Shown in pieces: positions 17,151 through 25,716 of a stretch of 64,000 bases of DNA. The notes beneath the pieces were generated by a model. The model did no database searches. It was given only the letters and a program-made list of their open reading frames with translations, and was not told where the DNA came from. Source of the stretch: an uncultured bacterium (GTDB lineage Bacteria > Myxococcota_A > Polyangia > Polyangiales > Polyangiaceae). The translations under genes and the position numbers were made by a program. The stretch lies in NCBI GenBank assembly GCA_966249405.1, contig CBINDO010000007.1, forward strand, positions 5,686-69,685. The letters are read 5' to 3'. Position 1 is the first letter of the stretch. Every line of letters starts with the position of its first letter.

Positions 17151-17895
17151 CGCACGCTTGCAGACGCGAGTCGGCGCCTTGAGCCTCGACGTCGCCTTCG
17201 AAACCGCCGGTGGCCGGTTGGCGGTCGTTGGACCCAACGGCGCCGGCAAGACCAGCTTGTTCAAGGCGCTGATCGGGGCTGTTCCCGTCGAACGCGGCCT
17301 TGTTGCCCTTGGTGAACGGCGCCTGCTCGACACGGCCACGCAACTCGCTGTAGCGATGGAAGATCGCGGCCTGGGTTATCTGCCACAGTCGTACGCGTTG
17401 TTCCCGCATCTCACCGTGCAGCAGAACGTGGAGTTTCCCATGCTTCGGCGCGTCCGTGACAAGGGCGACAGGCGCACCCGCGCCGCGCAGCTCCTGGAGA
17501 GCTTCGGGGCTGCCCACCTGGCGACACGCCGCGCGACGGACCTGTCCGGTGGGGAGATGCAGCGCGTCGCACTGGCGCGAGCTTTGGCGGGCGAACCGCG
17601 TGCGTTGCTCCTCGACGAGCCGCTGGCTGCCATGGACGTCGGCCATCGCGACGAGGTGTTGCGGTTCCTCGTCGAGCACCTGACTCAACTGACGTTACCC
17701 ACCCTGGTAATCACTCACGACCTACACGAGGCGCGAGCTTTGGCACACCGGTTCTTGGTGATGGAGGAGGGCCGAGTTACCCAGTCGGGCACCTACGAGG
17801 AACTCTCGAGCGCGCCGGCGACGCCGTTCGTCGAGCGCTTCGTCCAGTCTCGAACGGGAGTTCGTTCAGCGAACGCTGTTGACTCCGGCGGCTAG
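17137..17895 (+). CDS. modC: Molybdate ABC transporter ATP-binding protein
   Basis: Walker A: GPNGAGKTS. ABC signature: LSGGEMQRVALARAL. Walker B: LLLDEPLAAMD. H-loop: ITHD. I chose GTG 17137 (GAGGG 5 nt upstream). GTG 17131 and the 17071 track start are alternatives. Confidence 0.85.
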   Translation: MAEFSARLQTRVGALSLDVAFETAGGRLAVVGPNGAGKTSLFKALIGAVPVERGLVALGERRLLDTATQLAVAMEDRGLGYLPQSYALFPHLTVQQNVEFPMLRRVRDKGDRRTRAAQLLESFGAAHLATRRATDLSGGEMQRVALARALAGEPRALLLDEPLAAMDVGHRDEVLRFLVEHLTQLTLPTLVITHDLHEARALAHRFLVMEEGRVTQSGTYEELSSAPATPFVERFVQSRTGVRSANAVDSGG

Positions 17896-18068
17896 GCCCA
17901 CGTGAACGCTTGGACGCCGCCGCTAGCCATGCTATCGCAGGCGCATGTCCGTCGGGTGCGAAACAACTCCTTCCGGCGCAGGGCCAGGTGTCTCCAAGCG
18001 AAAGTGGTGTGGCGTTCCTGCGGCAATACACACGGCGTTAGGTGCCTTCGACACGCCGGGGAGGAGCC

Positions 18069-18536
18069 GTGGCTGAAGACGCGCTGGCGGAAGACATGAC
18101 TGCGGTCACGCGGCTGCTCGAGGCCGCGGGTCTCACGACGGTCGGGTTGAGTGACTTCTTTCCCCACCGTTACCTCGTGATCCGCGAAGACGAACGCGTC
18201 GTCGCGGTCGCCGGGCTCGAGGTACACGGCACCTACGGACTGCTGCGTTCGGTGGCCGTCGACCCGGCCTACCGCAATCGAGGGCTGGCGCGGCAACTCG
18301 TCGAGCAGCAGCTGTGGATCGCAGGGCGGAGCGGCCTCCACCGCGTTTACCTACTGACGACCTCGGCTGCGGCGTATTTCAGGCAGCTCGGGTTCGTCGC
18401 CGTGGCACGGGACGAGGCACCGGCGGCGATCCGCGCCTCCAAGGAGTTTGCCGCGGTTTGCCCGAGCAGTGCGGCGCTGTTGGCTAAGGATCCACTCGTG
18501 TCGCGTTCAACGCCGCCCGTCGCAGCCCGACGGTGA
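18069..18536 (+). CDS. GNAT-family N-acetyltransferase (ArsN2/ArgA-like small type)
   Basis: Acetyl-CoA motif A: SVAVDPAYRNRGLARQLVEQ. C-terminal segment: EFAAVCPSSAALLAKD. I chose GTG 18069 because it is preceded by GGGAGGAG. Confidence 0.8.
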   Translation: MAEDALAEDMTAVTRLLEAAGLTTVGLSDFFPHRYLVIREDERVVAVAGLEVHGTYGLLRSVAVDPAYRNRGLARQLVEQQLWIAGRSGLHRVYLLTTSAAAYFRQLGFVAVARDEAPAAIRASKEFAAVCPSSAALLAKDPLVSRSTPPVAARR

Positions 18537-19074
18537 TGACCAGCAGCAGACACGTCGAGCCGGTGACGACGGGAAACAGAAGGGTCGTTACGGAGAATCG
18601 TTCCAGCGCAGCGCTCGCGACGGCGTTCCGGACCACGAACAGGCTCCAGAAGGTGAGATCCTCCTGCGCCGGATTTCGGTAAGCGTTTCTCAACGTTGGA
18701 CCAAACCCCAAGGTGTCGGCGAGCGTCAACGTCACGACGGACCATAGTGGCTCCTCGGTGAGATACCACAAGGGCAAGGAGGCGAGCGCCATGGCGAAGA
18801 AGACACGGTCGCTCACCGTGATGTGGACGTCCCCGCGATTGCGCCACGCCAGGAAGGCGACGAACAGCGCGATCGTGCCAGAGATGCCGATCGGCCAGGC
18901 CCCAACGCCGCCACCGCCCCGCAGTTGCGCGAAGAACACGATGAACGTCGTGAGCCCCCAAATCACCCACGAGAACACGTGGGGCTTGGTCTCGCCCCGC
19001 ACGATCCCGCGGATGTATGGAAGGTAACCCACGAACGTGAGCACGACCGCGATGAAGCCGAGAAGATGGCGCAC
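18484..19074 (-). CDS. Integral membrane protein (about 6 TM, PQ-loop-like N-terminus)
   Basis: GTG start. Hydrophobic segments: FIAVVLTFVGYLPYIRGIVRGETKPHVFSWVIWGLTTFIVFFAQL. It is the last gene of the minus-strand run 23137-18484. Its 3' end overlaps the convergent GNAT gene by 53 nt. Confidence 0.65.
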   Translation of the reverse strand: MRHLLGFIAVVLTFVGYLPYIRGIVRGETKPHVFSWVIWGLTTFIVFFAQLRGGGGVGAWPIGISGTIALFVAFLAWRNRGDVHITVSDRVFFAMALASLPLWYLTEEPLWSVVTLTLADTLGFGPTLRNAYRNPAQEDLTFWSLFVVRNAVASAALERFSVTTLLFPVVTGSTCLLLVITVGLRRAALNATRVDP

Positions 19075-19113
19075 GAGGGTAATGGAGCGGTCGCTGCCCT
19101 GGAGCAGCGCGTG

Positions 19114-20661
19114 TCAACGGGTGTAGCGGTGTTTGACGCCGACGGGAAAGTACTCGGTGTCGCCGAGGGGTCGCAGCTCCACGTGCAAGGCTTGACGCCC
19201 CTTGGGGACGTAGTTTGCGAACTCGCTGTTGACCCTGCGCAAGTGAGTGAGCATCGACTCACCGATGGCGGTGCGGAGCGGTTCGGACGGCGACTGTCCG
19301 CTCGCGAGCTCTACCGTAATCTGCAAGATGCTATCGTGCGCTTCGTTCTCGCGGACCTCGAGTACGAACTTGCCAGTCACTGCGCGCTCGACCGCGGGCT
19401 GTTCCAACCCGATGGCGATGTTCTCTGGGTATACGTTCGCCCCATAGTGAGACACTGCGAAGTTGTTGCGGCCGAAGACATAGACGAACGGCATCGCGAA
19501 TCGGTCGAGCTCGGTGCGAAGTTGGTCGTCCAAGGCACCATTCTTGAGGAGATAGTCGCGCATCGCCGCGTGGGTCACGAGCCCGCCATTGTCCAAGATG
19601 TTGTAGCGGATCAAAGGAATTCCGCCGTCGGCCGAGAACACCAGGTCGCCATCCACCAGCTCGAAGTAGCGGTCACGTGGATCGTATTGGCACAACGTGG
19701 GCACCCGCGACTGGCCGAACAACTCGCGCGCCAGCTCGGGTCGGGCTGTCAGTGCTTGTCTCACCAAGATGCTCGCGGGCGTCTCGTTGGCGAGCACTCC
19801 TCCGTCGGCCGTCCCGTACAGCGACGCCGTGCAGTAGGCCGGGGCAGCCTGGCCAAGTCGCTGGGCGACGAGATCACGCCACGATTCACTGAACACCTCG
19901 CCGGCCATCACCAGCTTCACGTCGTACTCCGACCATCGAATGCCGACACTGAGACCGCGTTCGATGACGTCCTTCAAGAACGGCGGGTAACCGAACAAGA
20001 CCACCTGCTCGAAGTGAGGCGCCAACTTCGGGATCACTCGCAAAATCTCCGCGAAGTTGTTGCCTGGAGTGACCACCGTGATGGGCGCGCCTTTGGCCGC
20101 GATTTGACGGCAGGCCGAAGTCGTGTACATGCCGCCGACCCAACTCCCCAACGCGAAGCAGACCACCGCGAGCGTGCGCTTGGTGTTGGCGCCGAAGCCG
20201 TTAGTCAATACCTGTTCGAAGCGGCGTAAAGTAGCCACCTCGTCGGTGATGAACCTCGGCCAAACCGTCGGCTCACCCGTCGAGCCCGACGACACCGCCA
20301 ACATGTCGCAGTCCTCCAGACGTCCGAAGCGACACAACTCCGCGAGCGGATATTGGGTGTGGTAGTTGCGTTTGGACGTGAGCGGCAAGGTCCGGAAATC
20401 CTCGATCGTCTCGAGTTCGTGCATTTGGGCGCCGTGGGCCGTCAAGAACTTCGCGTACGCGGGCACCTGTTCGCGCACGCGGTGAAAGAGCTCGAGCACC
20501 TCCGTCTCGCCGTTGCTCGTCGCGACGGTGCTGGGTGTCTCACGAAAGAAGGTCGCAGACATCTGCAATACACGTTCTGGTTTCGAGGGTACAGTGACGG
20601 GGACTCGGGATTTCATGACGCACGACGGGCATAACAGGCTCGAGCCGATCGATCCAGTCAT
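19114..20661 (-). CDS. Adenylate-forming enzyme of the phenylacetate-CoA ligase / coenzyme F390 synthetase family
   Basis: AMP-binding core: AVSSGSTGEPTVWPR. N-terminal segment VPAYAKFLTAHGAQMHELETIEDFRTLPLTSKRNY is typical of PaaK/F390-synthetase-like proteins. It starts 2 nt after the upstream histidine-kinase stop. An alternative start is ATG 20562. Confidence 0.8.
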   Translation of the reverse strand: MTGSIGSSLLCPSCVMKSRVPVTVPSKPERVLQMSATFFRETPSTVATSNGETEVLELFHRVREQVPAYAKFLTAHGAQMHELETIEDFRTLPLTSKRNYHTQYPLAELCRFGRLEDCDMLAVSSGSTGEPTVWPRFITDEVATLRRFEQVLTNGFGANTKRTLAVVCFALGSWVGGMYTTSACRQIAAKGAPITVVTPGNNFAEILRVIPKLAPHFEQVVLFGYPPFLKDVIERGLSVGIRWSEYDVKLVMAGEVFSESWRDLVAQRLGQAAPAYCTASLYGTADGGVLANETPASILVRQALTARPELARELFGQSRVPTLCQYDPRDRYFELVDGDLVFSADGGIPLIRYNILDNGGLVTHAAMRDYLLKNGALDDQLRTELDRFAMPFVYVFGRNNFAVSHYGANVYPENIAIGLEQPAVERAVTGKFVLEVRENEAHDSILQITVELASGQSPSEPLRTAIGESMLTHLRRVNSEFANYVPKGRQALHVELRPLGDTEYFPVGVKHRYTR

Positions 20662-20663
20662 GG

Positions 20664-22394
20664 CTACGTTTCGCCGTCCGCTCGAGTCGCTGCCGGCGCG
20701 GTGAGGCGCCGCAGGGTAAGCTCGAGCTCCGAGCCGTCGAATGGCTTGCGCAAGAAGGCTCGTGGAGCCCCGGTTTGCGGGGTGACGACCGGCTCGCGGT
20801 TGCCGCTCATCAACACGACCGGCAGTTCTGGAAACTCGACTTCGAGAGCGCGCGCGAGTTGTTCACCGTCCAGATTCGGCATGGCGACGTCACTGATGAC
20901 GCACTGGAAATTACCCGATGCCCGCAGAAGCGCGAGTGCTTCCACGCCGTCACCGACCGCAAGGACATCGTACGCGTCGCGGTCCAGATTACGCAGCAAC
21001 GTGTGCCTCACCAAGGGGTCGTCCTCCACGACGAGGACGCGCAAGCGTGCAGTTCCGGGGCTCGGCTCGAATCGCCTCTCGCTCGTTTTGGGCAGCGGTT
21101 CCGTGACGGTTGCGCGAGGAAAGTCGAGGCGAAAGGTGGTGCCGTTCGGGGACGTGTCTTCGATGGCGATCGTGCCGTGGTGATGTTCCACCAGTCTTCG
21201 CACGGTTGAGAGGCCTAGCCCCGTGCCCGCGGCTTTCGTCGTGAAGAACGGCTCGAAGACCCGGTCCAGGACCGCTGCGGGAATGCCGGTGCCCGTATCG
21301 CGCGCCCGAAGTGTCAACGTTTGTTTGTCGCCTTCGAGTCGAAAGGTGAGCTTTCCACCGTTGGGCATGGCATCGCGCGCGTTGACGGCCAAGTTGAGCA
21401 CGATCTGCTCGAGCCCCGAGCGCGAACCATACAGCCAACCGTCGGGGGTGACGTCGAGTTCGATCGCCACTTGCGACCCGAGGACGCGAGGTAACATGCG
21501 TCCAATCGCATTTAGGATCTCACTCGCGTCGATCAAGGTGCGCTCGTCGGTGGGTGCGCGACCGAACGCCAGCAGCTGGCGCGTGATCAACGCGGCGCGC
21601 GATGCGGCGTAGTCGAGGTCCTCGACCAACGCGCGCGCCTCGTCGTCTTTGGCGGAGACATCGGCTCGCAGCACGTCCGTCGCGCCAACGATCACCGTGA
21701 GCAGGTTGTTGAGATCGTGCGCGATACCACTCGTCAGATTGCCCACGAGCTCCATCTTCTGTCCCTGGATCGAGCGGCGGAGCGCTTCGTCCCGCTCGAG
21801 TGCCGTCTGCTGCGCTTTGGCGTATGCTTGGCGCAGCGACTGCAACGACGTGATCAACAACACGGTGGTCAAAGAGACCGTGATCGTGACCGTGCTCCAG
21901 GAGTTGACCGGCGAATAAGGCCCGAGCTGCGCCGGCAGCAGGGCGTTCGATTCGAGGTAGGCGACGAAGGCACACCAGGCCGAGCTCAGGGCCGCCATCA
22001 CCAAGGCGGCCCGTGCACCCACGACGCTGCCCACCAGGAGTGTACACACGGCGAAGGTCGACGCGTTTTGCCCCTGCATTCCCCCGAAGTACAAAGTGAC
22101 GACGGCGATCAGGAGCCAGAAGAACGTCGCCAGCAGCCACGTCGCGGTACGTACTCGCCCACGCCGCGTCAGCACGTAGATGAGCCCGAACCACGCCCCT
22201 ACGACGGAGTAGAACGCGGCGGTAACGAGCGTATCGTTCTTCGGGTCCAGGAATGCGGTGACGGCCCCGACCGCCGTCAACAACACCATCGTGAGCAGTA
22301 GCCGTGATAGCAGGTGCAACTGCCTCGTGTATTCCAATACTTCCGGCGAAGCTGGTGGTTGGCTCGAGGTGGGGCGTGATTCGACGTTGGGCAT
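20664..22394 (-). CDS. Hybrid sensor histidine kinase (membrane sensor + HisKA + HATPase + receiver)
   Basis: I chose the internal ATG at 22394. There are about 6 TM helices. H-box: GIAHDLNNLLTVI. G1: DTGTGIP. G2: GTGLGLSTV. C-terminal REC: RVLVVEDDPLV...VISDVAMPNLDG. Confidence 0.88.
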   Translation of the reverse strand: MPNVESRPTSSQPPASPEVLEYTRQLHLLSRLLLTMVLLTAVGAVTAFLDPKNDTLVTAAFYSVVGAWFGLIYVLTRRGRVRTATWLLATFFWLLIAVVTLYFGGMQGQNASTFAVCTLLVGSVVGARAALVMAALSSAWCAFVAYLESNALLPAQLGPYSPVNSWSTVTITVSLTTVLLITSLQSLRQAYAKAQQTALERDEALRRSIQGQKMELVGNLTSGIAHDLNNLLTVIVGATDVLRADVSAKDDEARALVEDLDYAASRAALITRQLLAFGRAPTDERTLIDASEILNAIGRMLPRVLGSQVAIELDVTPDGWLYGSRSGLEQIVLNLAVNARDAMPNGGKLTFRLEGDKQTLTLRARDTGTGIPAAVLDRVFEPFFTTKAAGTGLGLSTVRRLVEHHHGTIAIEDTSPNGTTFRLDFPRATVTEPLPKTSERRFEPSPGTARLRVLVVEDDPLVRHTLLRNLDRDAYDVLAVGDGVEALALLRASGNFQCVISDVAMPNLDGEQLARALEVEFPELPVVLMSGNREPVVTPQTGAPRAFLRKPFDGSELELTLRRLTAPAATRADGET

Positions 22395-22471
22395 GAGGAT
22401 GACCCGAGTGGATCGGGTGATACACCGAGAATCCGGTCGGGCGGGGTGAGAAGCCCGTGAGCTACGAGCGC

Positions 22472-23137
22472 TCAAGGGCCAGGACGCAACGATCTCAGCC
22501 CTGCTTCGCTGATTTCGACGCGAGGGTGACCTTGTGCTTCGAGCAGTGCGTTGGAACGTTGCACTGCGACGTCGAATGACGGGACGTAGCTGATCCGTCG
22601 AGCGCCGTCGGTCATCCAAACGATGGCCGTCAAGGCTCCGCGCAAGATCGCGCTGTCGAGGATGATGAACGTGCCGAGCAGCGCGTCGAAGACAGCGCGC
22701 GATTCGTTTATCTGATTGGCCCAGTAGCGCCGAACCATCGCCGAAGGCATCGCGAGGCCACGGGCGTCGACGACGTAGACGAGGGGCTTACGTTGAGTGA
22801 TGGACTTGTTGATGATGTCGGTAACTTGCTCGTCGTGTTGACGCACGGCGCCGAGTTCCAACTCACCACGGAACGTGCTCAAGAGGATCGGCAAGTGGCG
22901 ATCGGTCACGCTCACGACCGTGCGCGGATTGGTCACCCGGTTGAGTGACCGCGGGGCCACGGATTGACGCGTGCCGCCGCCGGCCTGCACTTGGCGTGGC
23001 GCGCTGCGCGGTGCTTCCGGCTCGGTCGCGTCCGTATCATTCCGCGGTGTGGTGCCGTTTTGCTGCGGAACCTCGGGTTGAGATGGCTTGTCCACTAGTA
23101 ACCTCCCTCGAGACTTTCTGTAGCGGTGCCGGTTCAT
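22472..23137 (-). CDS. Hypothetical protein (possible STAS/SpoIIAA-like fold) upstream of the hybrid kinase
   Basis: The ORF has G/C-rich third positions. A basic, Pro-rich N-terminus is followed by a globular ~150-aa domain (LPILLSTFRGELE...LVYVVDARGLAMPSAMVRRYWANQ...FIILDSAILRGALTAIVWM). The start at ATG 23137 is tentative, and the fold call is a guess. Confidence 0.5.
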   Translation of the reverse strand: MNRHRYRKSRGRLLVDKPSQPEVPQQNGTTPRNDTDATEPEAPRSAPRQVQAGGGTRQSVAPRSLNRVTNPRTVVSVTDRHLPILLSTFRGELELGAVRQHDEQVTDIINKSITQRKPLVYVVDARGLAMPSAMVRRYWANQINESRAVFDALLGTFIILDSAILRGALTAIVWMTDGARRISYVPSFDVAVQRSNALLEAQGHPRVEISEAGLRSLRPGP

Positions 23138-23364
23138 CAGCGTGAAGCTGAGACCGCAACCCCATTCCACTTCCAAGAACCTCTTCCTCGGTGTGGCAAG
23201 CGTGAGCGGACGTTCGACCCGTCCCTCCCTCGCTTCGACTCCTTTGGCCAAAGTATCCAAGGAGACTGAAGCCATGTCGTGGTTGTGTGGCGGAAAGCAG
23301 CGCGTTGGCAACAAGATCTTGGGATCGACCGCGACATTTGCCGAAGGAAGTTCATAGAGGTCCG

Positions 23365-23379
23365 GAATTACCGTAATTC
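23365..23379 (+). promoter_or_regulatory. AT-rich perfect inverted repeat abutting the start codon of the fibro-slime gene
   Basis: GAATTAC-C-GTAATTC at 23365-23379, followed immediately by ATG 23380. There is no recognisable Shine-Dalgarno. The sequence is locally AT-rich in an otherwise GC-rich window. Confidence 0.3.
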
Positions 23380-25716
23380 ATGACTAGGACGACGAAGCCA
23401 CCGCGTAGTGAGCCCTCCGAGGGACCCAGCGGTACCTCAGTCGTGCAGCGACTCAGGGAGGGGATTGGTTCGAGGAGCGACATGATTTCGAAATATTCTG
23501 GATGGTTGAGTCTAGCCGTGATTCTGGGCGGTTGCTCGAGCAATGCGCCTACCGTCGAAGGCGAACAGCCCAGCGTGGGCGGAGACGACGGCGGACTCCA
23601 CGGGGGCAGCCATGGGGACCCTGGCGATACGTCCGAGGGCGCCATCATCGTGCCGCCCAACGTCGACGCTGGCCCCAACTGTGGCAACGCCAAGCTCGAC
23701 GAAGGTGAAATTTGCGACGATGCCAATCGAACGAGTGGCGATGGGTGTTCGGAATCATGCGAGCTCGAGGACAATTTTCTTTGCCCGATCGTGGGTGGGC
23801 CGTGTGAACGCGCGACGGTGTGTGGCGATCGTCGCCAGACCGGCGAAGAGCAGTGCGACGATGGCAACACCGACGACGGGGACGGCTGTACGAGCAGCTG
23901 TTTGCGTGAAGCAGACTACGCCTGCCTCGAACCGGGTGAGCCGTGCGTGAGCACCGTCGAGTGTGGCGATTCCAAGCTGGCAGGTAGCGAAACGTGTGAC
24001 GACGGCAATACGGACTCGGACGACGGCTGCAGCGACAGCTGTGAAGTGGAGACCGGTTGGATGTGCAGCAGCGCCGGCTTCGCGTGTCAACCCGTATGCG
24101 GGGACGGGCTGCTCACGGGGCGCGAGACGTGCGACGACGGCAACGAAGACTCCGGTGACGGGTGCAGCCCTGCGTGCCGCGTCGAGGAAGGCTACGCATG
24201 TGATGGGGCCGGTTCCGACTGCCATCTCACCGAGTGCGGCGACGGTATCGCGGAAGGTAGTGAGCCATGCGATGATGGCGACGATATCCATGTCGGTGAC
24301 GGTTGCAGCCCTGGTTGCGTCCTGGAGCCGACGTGCGCCGCGCCGGCAGCCGGCGATGCGGAGACCGTCGACGCTGGCGACGCTGGTGGAACAGAAGCCA
24401 CTGCCGGAGTTTGCTCGTCGAGCTGCGGGGACGGCATCATGCTTGCCGGGGACGACGAGCAGTGTGACGACGGAAACAACATCAGCGGCGACGGCTGCGA
24501 TGACGAGTGCATACCCGAGACGGGCTGGGTATGCGAACTCGAGACGGGTTCTTTGCCGGATGAGCTGGTGCTGCCGATCGTGTACCGCGACTTCGTGCAC
24601 AATGCTGCCGATGGCGCTGATACGCCGCGCCATCCGGACTTCCAGGCGTTTTCCGGCAACGCGGAAACGCCGGGCCTAGTCGAGCCATTCATCGGCACCG
24701 ACGGCAAGCCGGTCTACACGGGGATTTGCGAGACCGGTAACGAGCTCGACGAAGACCTGTGCCCCTACGAAGAACAGACCACGAGCAAGACGGACTTCGA
24801 TCAGTGGTACAACGACACCGAAGGGGTGAACATCCCCGTGTCGGGCACGCTCACGCTGGTGCGACAAGACGACGATACCTACGTGTTCGACAGCGGCACT
24901 GGCCTGTTCCCCGTGGACGGCAAGGGTTGGGTCGCCACCGATCCGGTGCAAGAGGATCTCTACGAGAATCACAACTTCGGGTTCACCAGCGAGTTGCGTT
25001 ACTGGTTCGAGTTCAAGGGCGGAGAGTTCCTCGAGTTCTCGGGTGACGACGACGTTTGGGTGTTCGTTGGAGGTCGGCTGGTCGTGGACATCGGCGGCTT
25101 GCACGGACGGACCGAAGGCAGCGTGACTCTCGACGATGAAACCGCGGCCGCCTTGGGTCTCATCAAGGGGCGCGTGTACGAGATGGCGCTGTTTCACGCC
25201 GAACGCCACACCGCCCGGTCGAACTTCAAGCTGACCATTGGCGGATTCGTCGCGACCGGGACCAGTTGCGCCACCGAATGCGGCGACGGCATCGTAGCCG
25301 GTGACGAGCTGTGTGACGACGGCGAGGACAACGGTAGTGGTTACGGGTTCTGTACCGATACCTGTGAACCCGGGCCACGTTGTGGCGACGGTGAGCAGAA
25401 TGGCGACGAGCAATGCGACAACGGCACCAACCTCGACGGCTACTCGAGTGAATCGTCCGAAGATGCGTGCGCCCCAGGCTGCGTCCTGCCTCCGCGCTGC
25501 GGCGACTCCGAGGTCAACGCCAACTTTGGCGAACAGTGTGACGACGGTGAGGACAACGACGGCCAGTACGATGGTTGCAACGCCGACTGCACCCTTGGGC
25601 CGCGTTGTGGCGACGGCAAGAAGAACGGCGACGAGGAGTGCGACGACGGCAACCTGTCGAACCGCGACCGTTGCAGCGTCACGTGCCAGGCGATCACGGT
25701 GCAAGGCTCGAAGTGA
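23380..25716 (+). CDS. Exported fibro-slime/PA14-like domain protein with ten Myxococcus-type Cys-rich repeats
   Basis: Signal peptide: WLSLAVILGGC. Six N-terminal and four C-terminal copies of CGD(G/S)x(4-6)E-x-CDDGNx(3)GDGCS-x-x-C, the TIGR02232/DUF4215-type repeat. The central domain is the fibro-slime domain signature: LPIVYRDFVH...HPDFQ...FTSELRYWFEFKGGEFLEFSGDDDVWVFVGGRLVVDIGGLHG...YEMALFHAERHTARSNFKL. Confidence 0.9.
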   Translation: MTRTTKPPRSEPSEGPSGTSVVQRLREGIGSRSDMISKYSGWLSLAVILGGCSSNAPTVEGEQPSVGGDDGGLHGGSHGDPGDTSEGAIIVPPNVDAGPNCGNAKLDEGEICDDANRTSGDGCSESCELEDNFLCPIVGGPCERATVCGDRRQTGEEQCDDGNTDDGDGCTSSCLREADYACLEPGEPCVSTVECGDSKLAGSETCDDGNTDSDDGCSDSCEVETGWMCSSAGFACQPVCGDGLLTGRETCDDGNEDSGDGCSPACRVEEGYACDGAGSDCHLTECGDGIAEGSEPCDDGDDIHVGDGCSPGCVLEPTCAAPAAGDAETVDAGDAGGTEATAGVCSSSCGDGIMLAGDDEQCDDGNNISGDGCDDECIPETGWVCELETGSLPDELVLPIVYRDFVHNAADGADTPRHPDFQAFSGNAETPGLVEPFIGTDGKPVYTGICETGNELDEDLCPYEEQTTSKTDFDQWYNDTEGVNIPVSGTLTLVRQDDDTYVFDSGTGLFPVDGKGWVATDPVQEDLYENHNFGFTSELRYWFEFKGGEFLEFSGDDDVWVFVGGRLVVDIGGLHGRTEGSVTLDDETAAALGLIKGRVYEMALFHAERHTARSNFKLTIGGFVATGTSCATECGDGIVAGDELCDDGEDNGSGYGFCTDTCEPGPRCGDGEQNGDEQCDNGTNLDGYSSESSEDACAPGCVLPPRCGDSEVNANFGEQCDDGEDNDGQYDGCNADCTLGPRCGDGKKNGDEECDDGNLSNRDRCSVTCQAITVQGSK

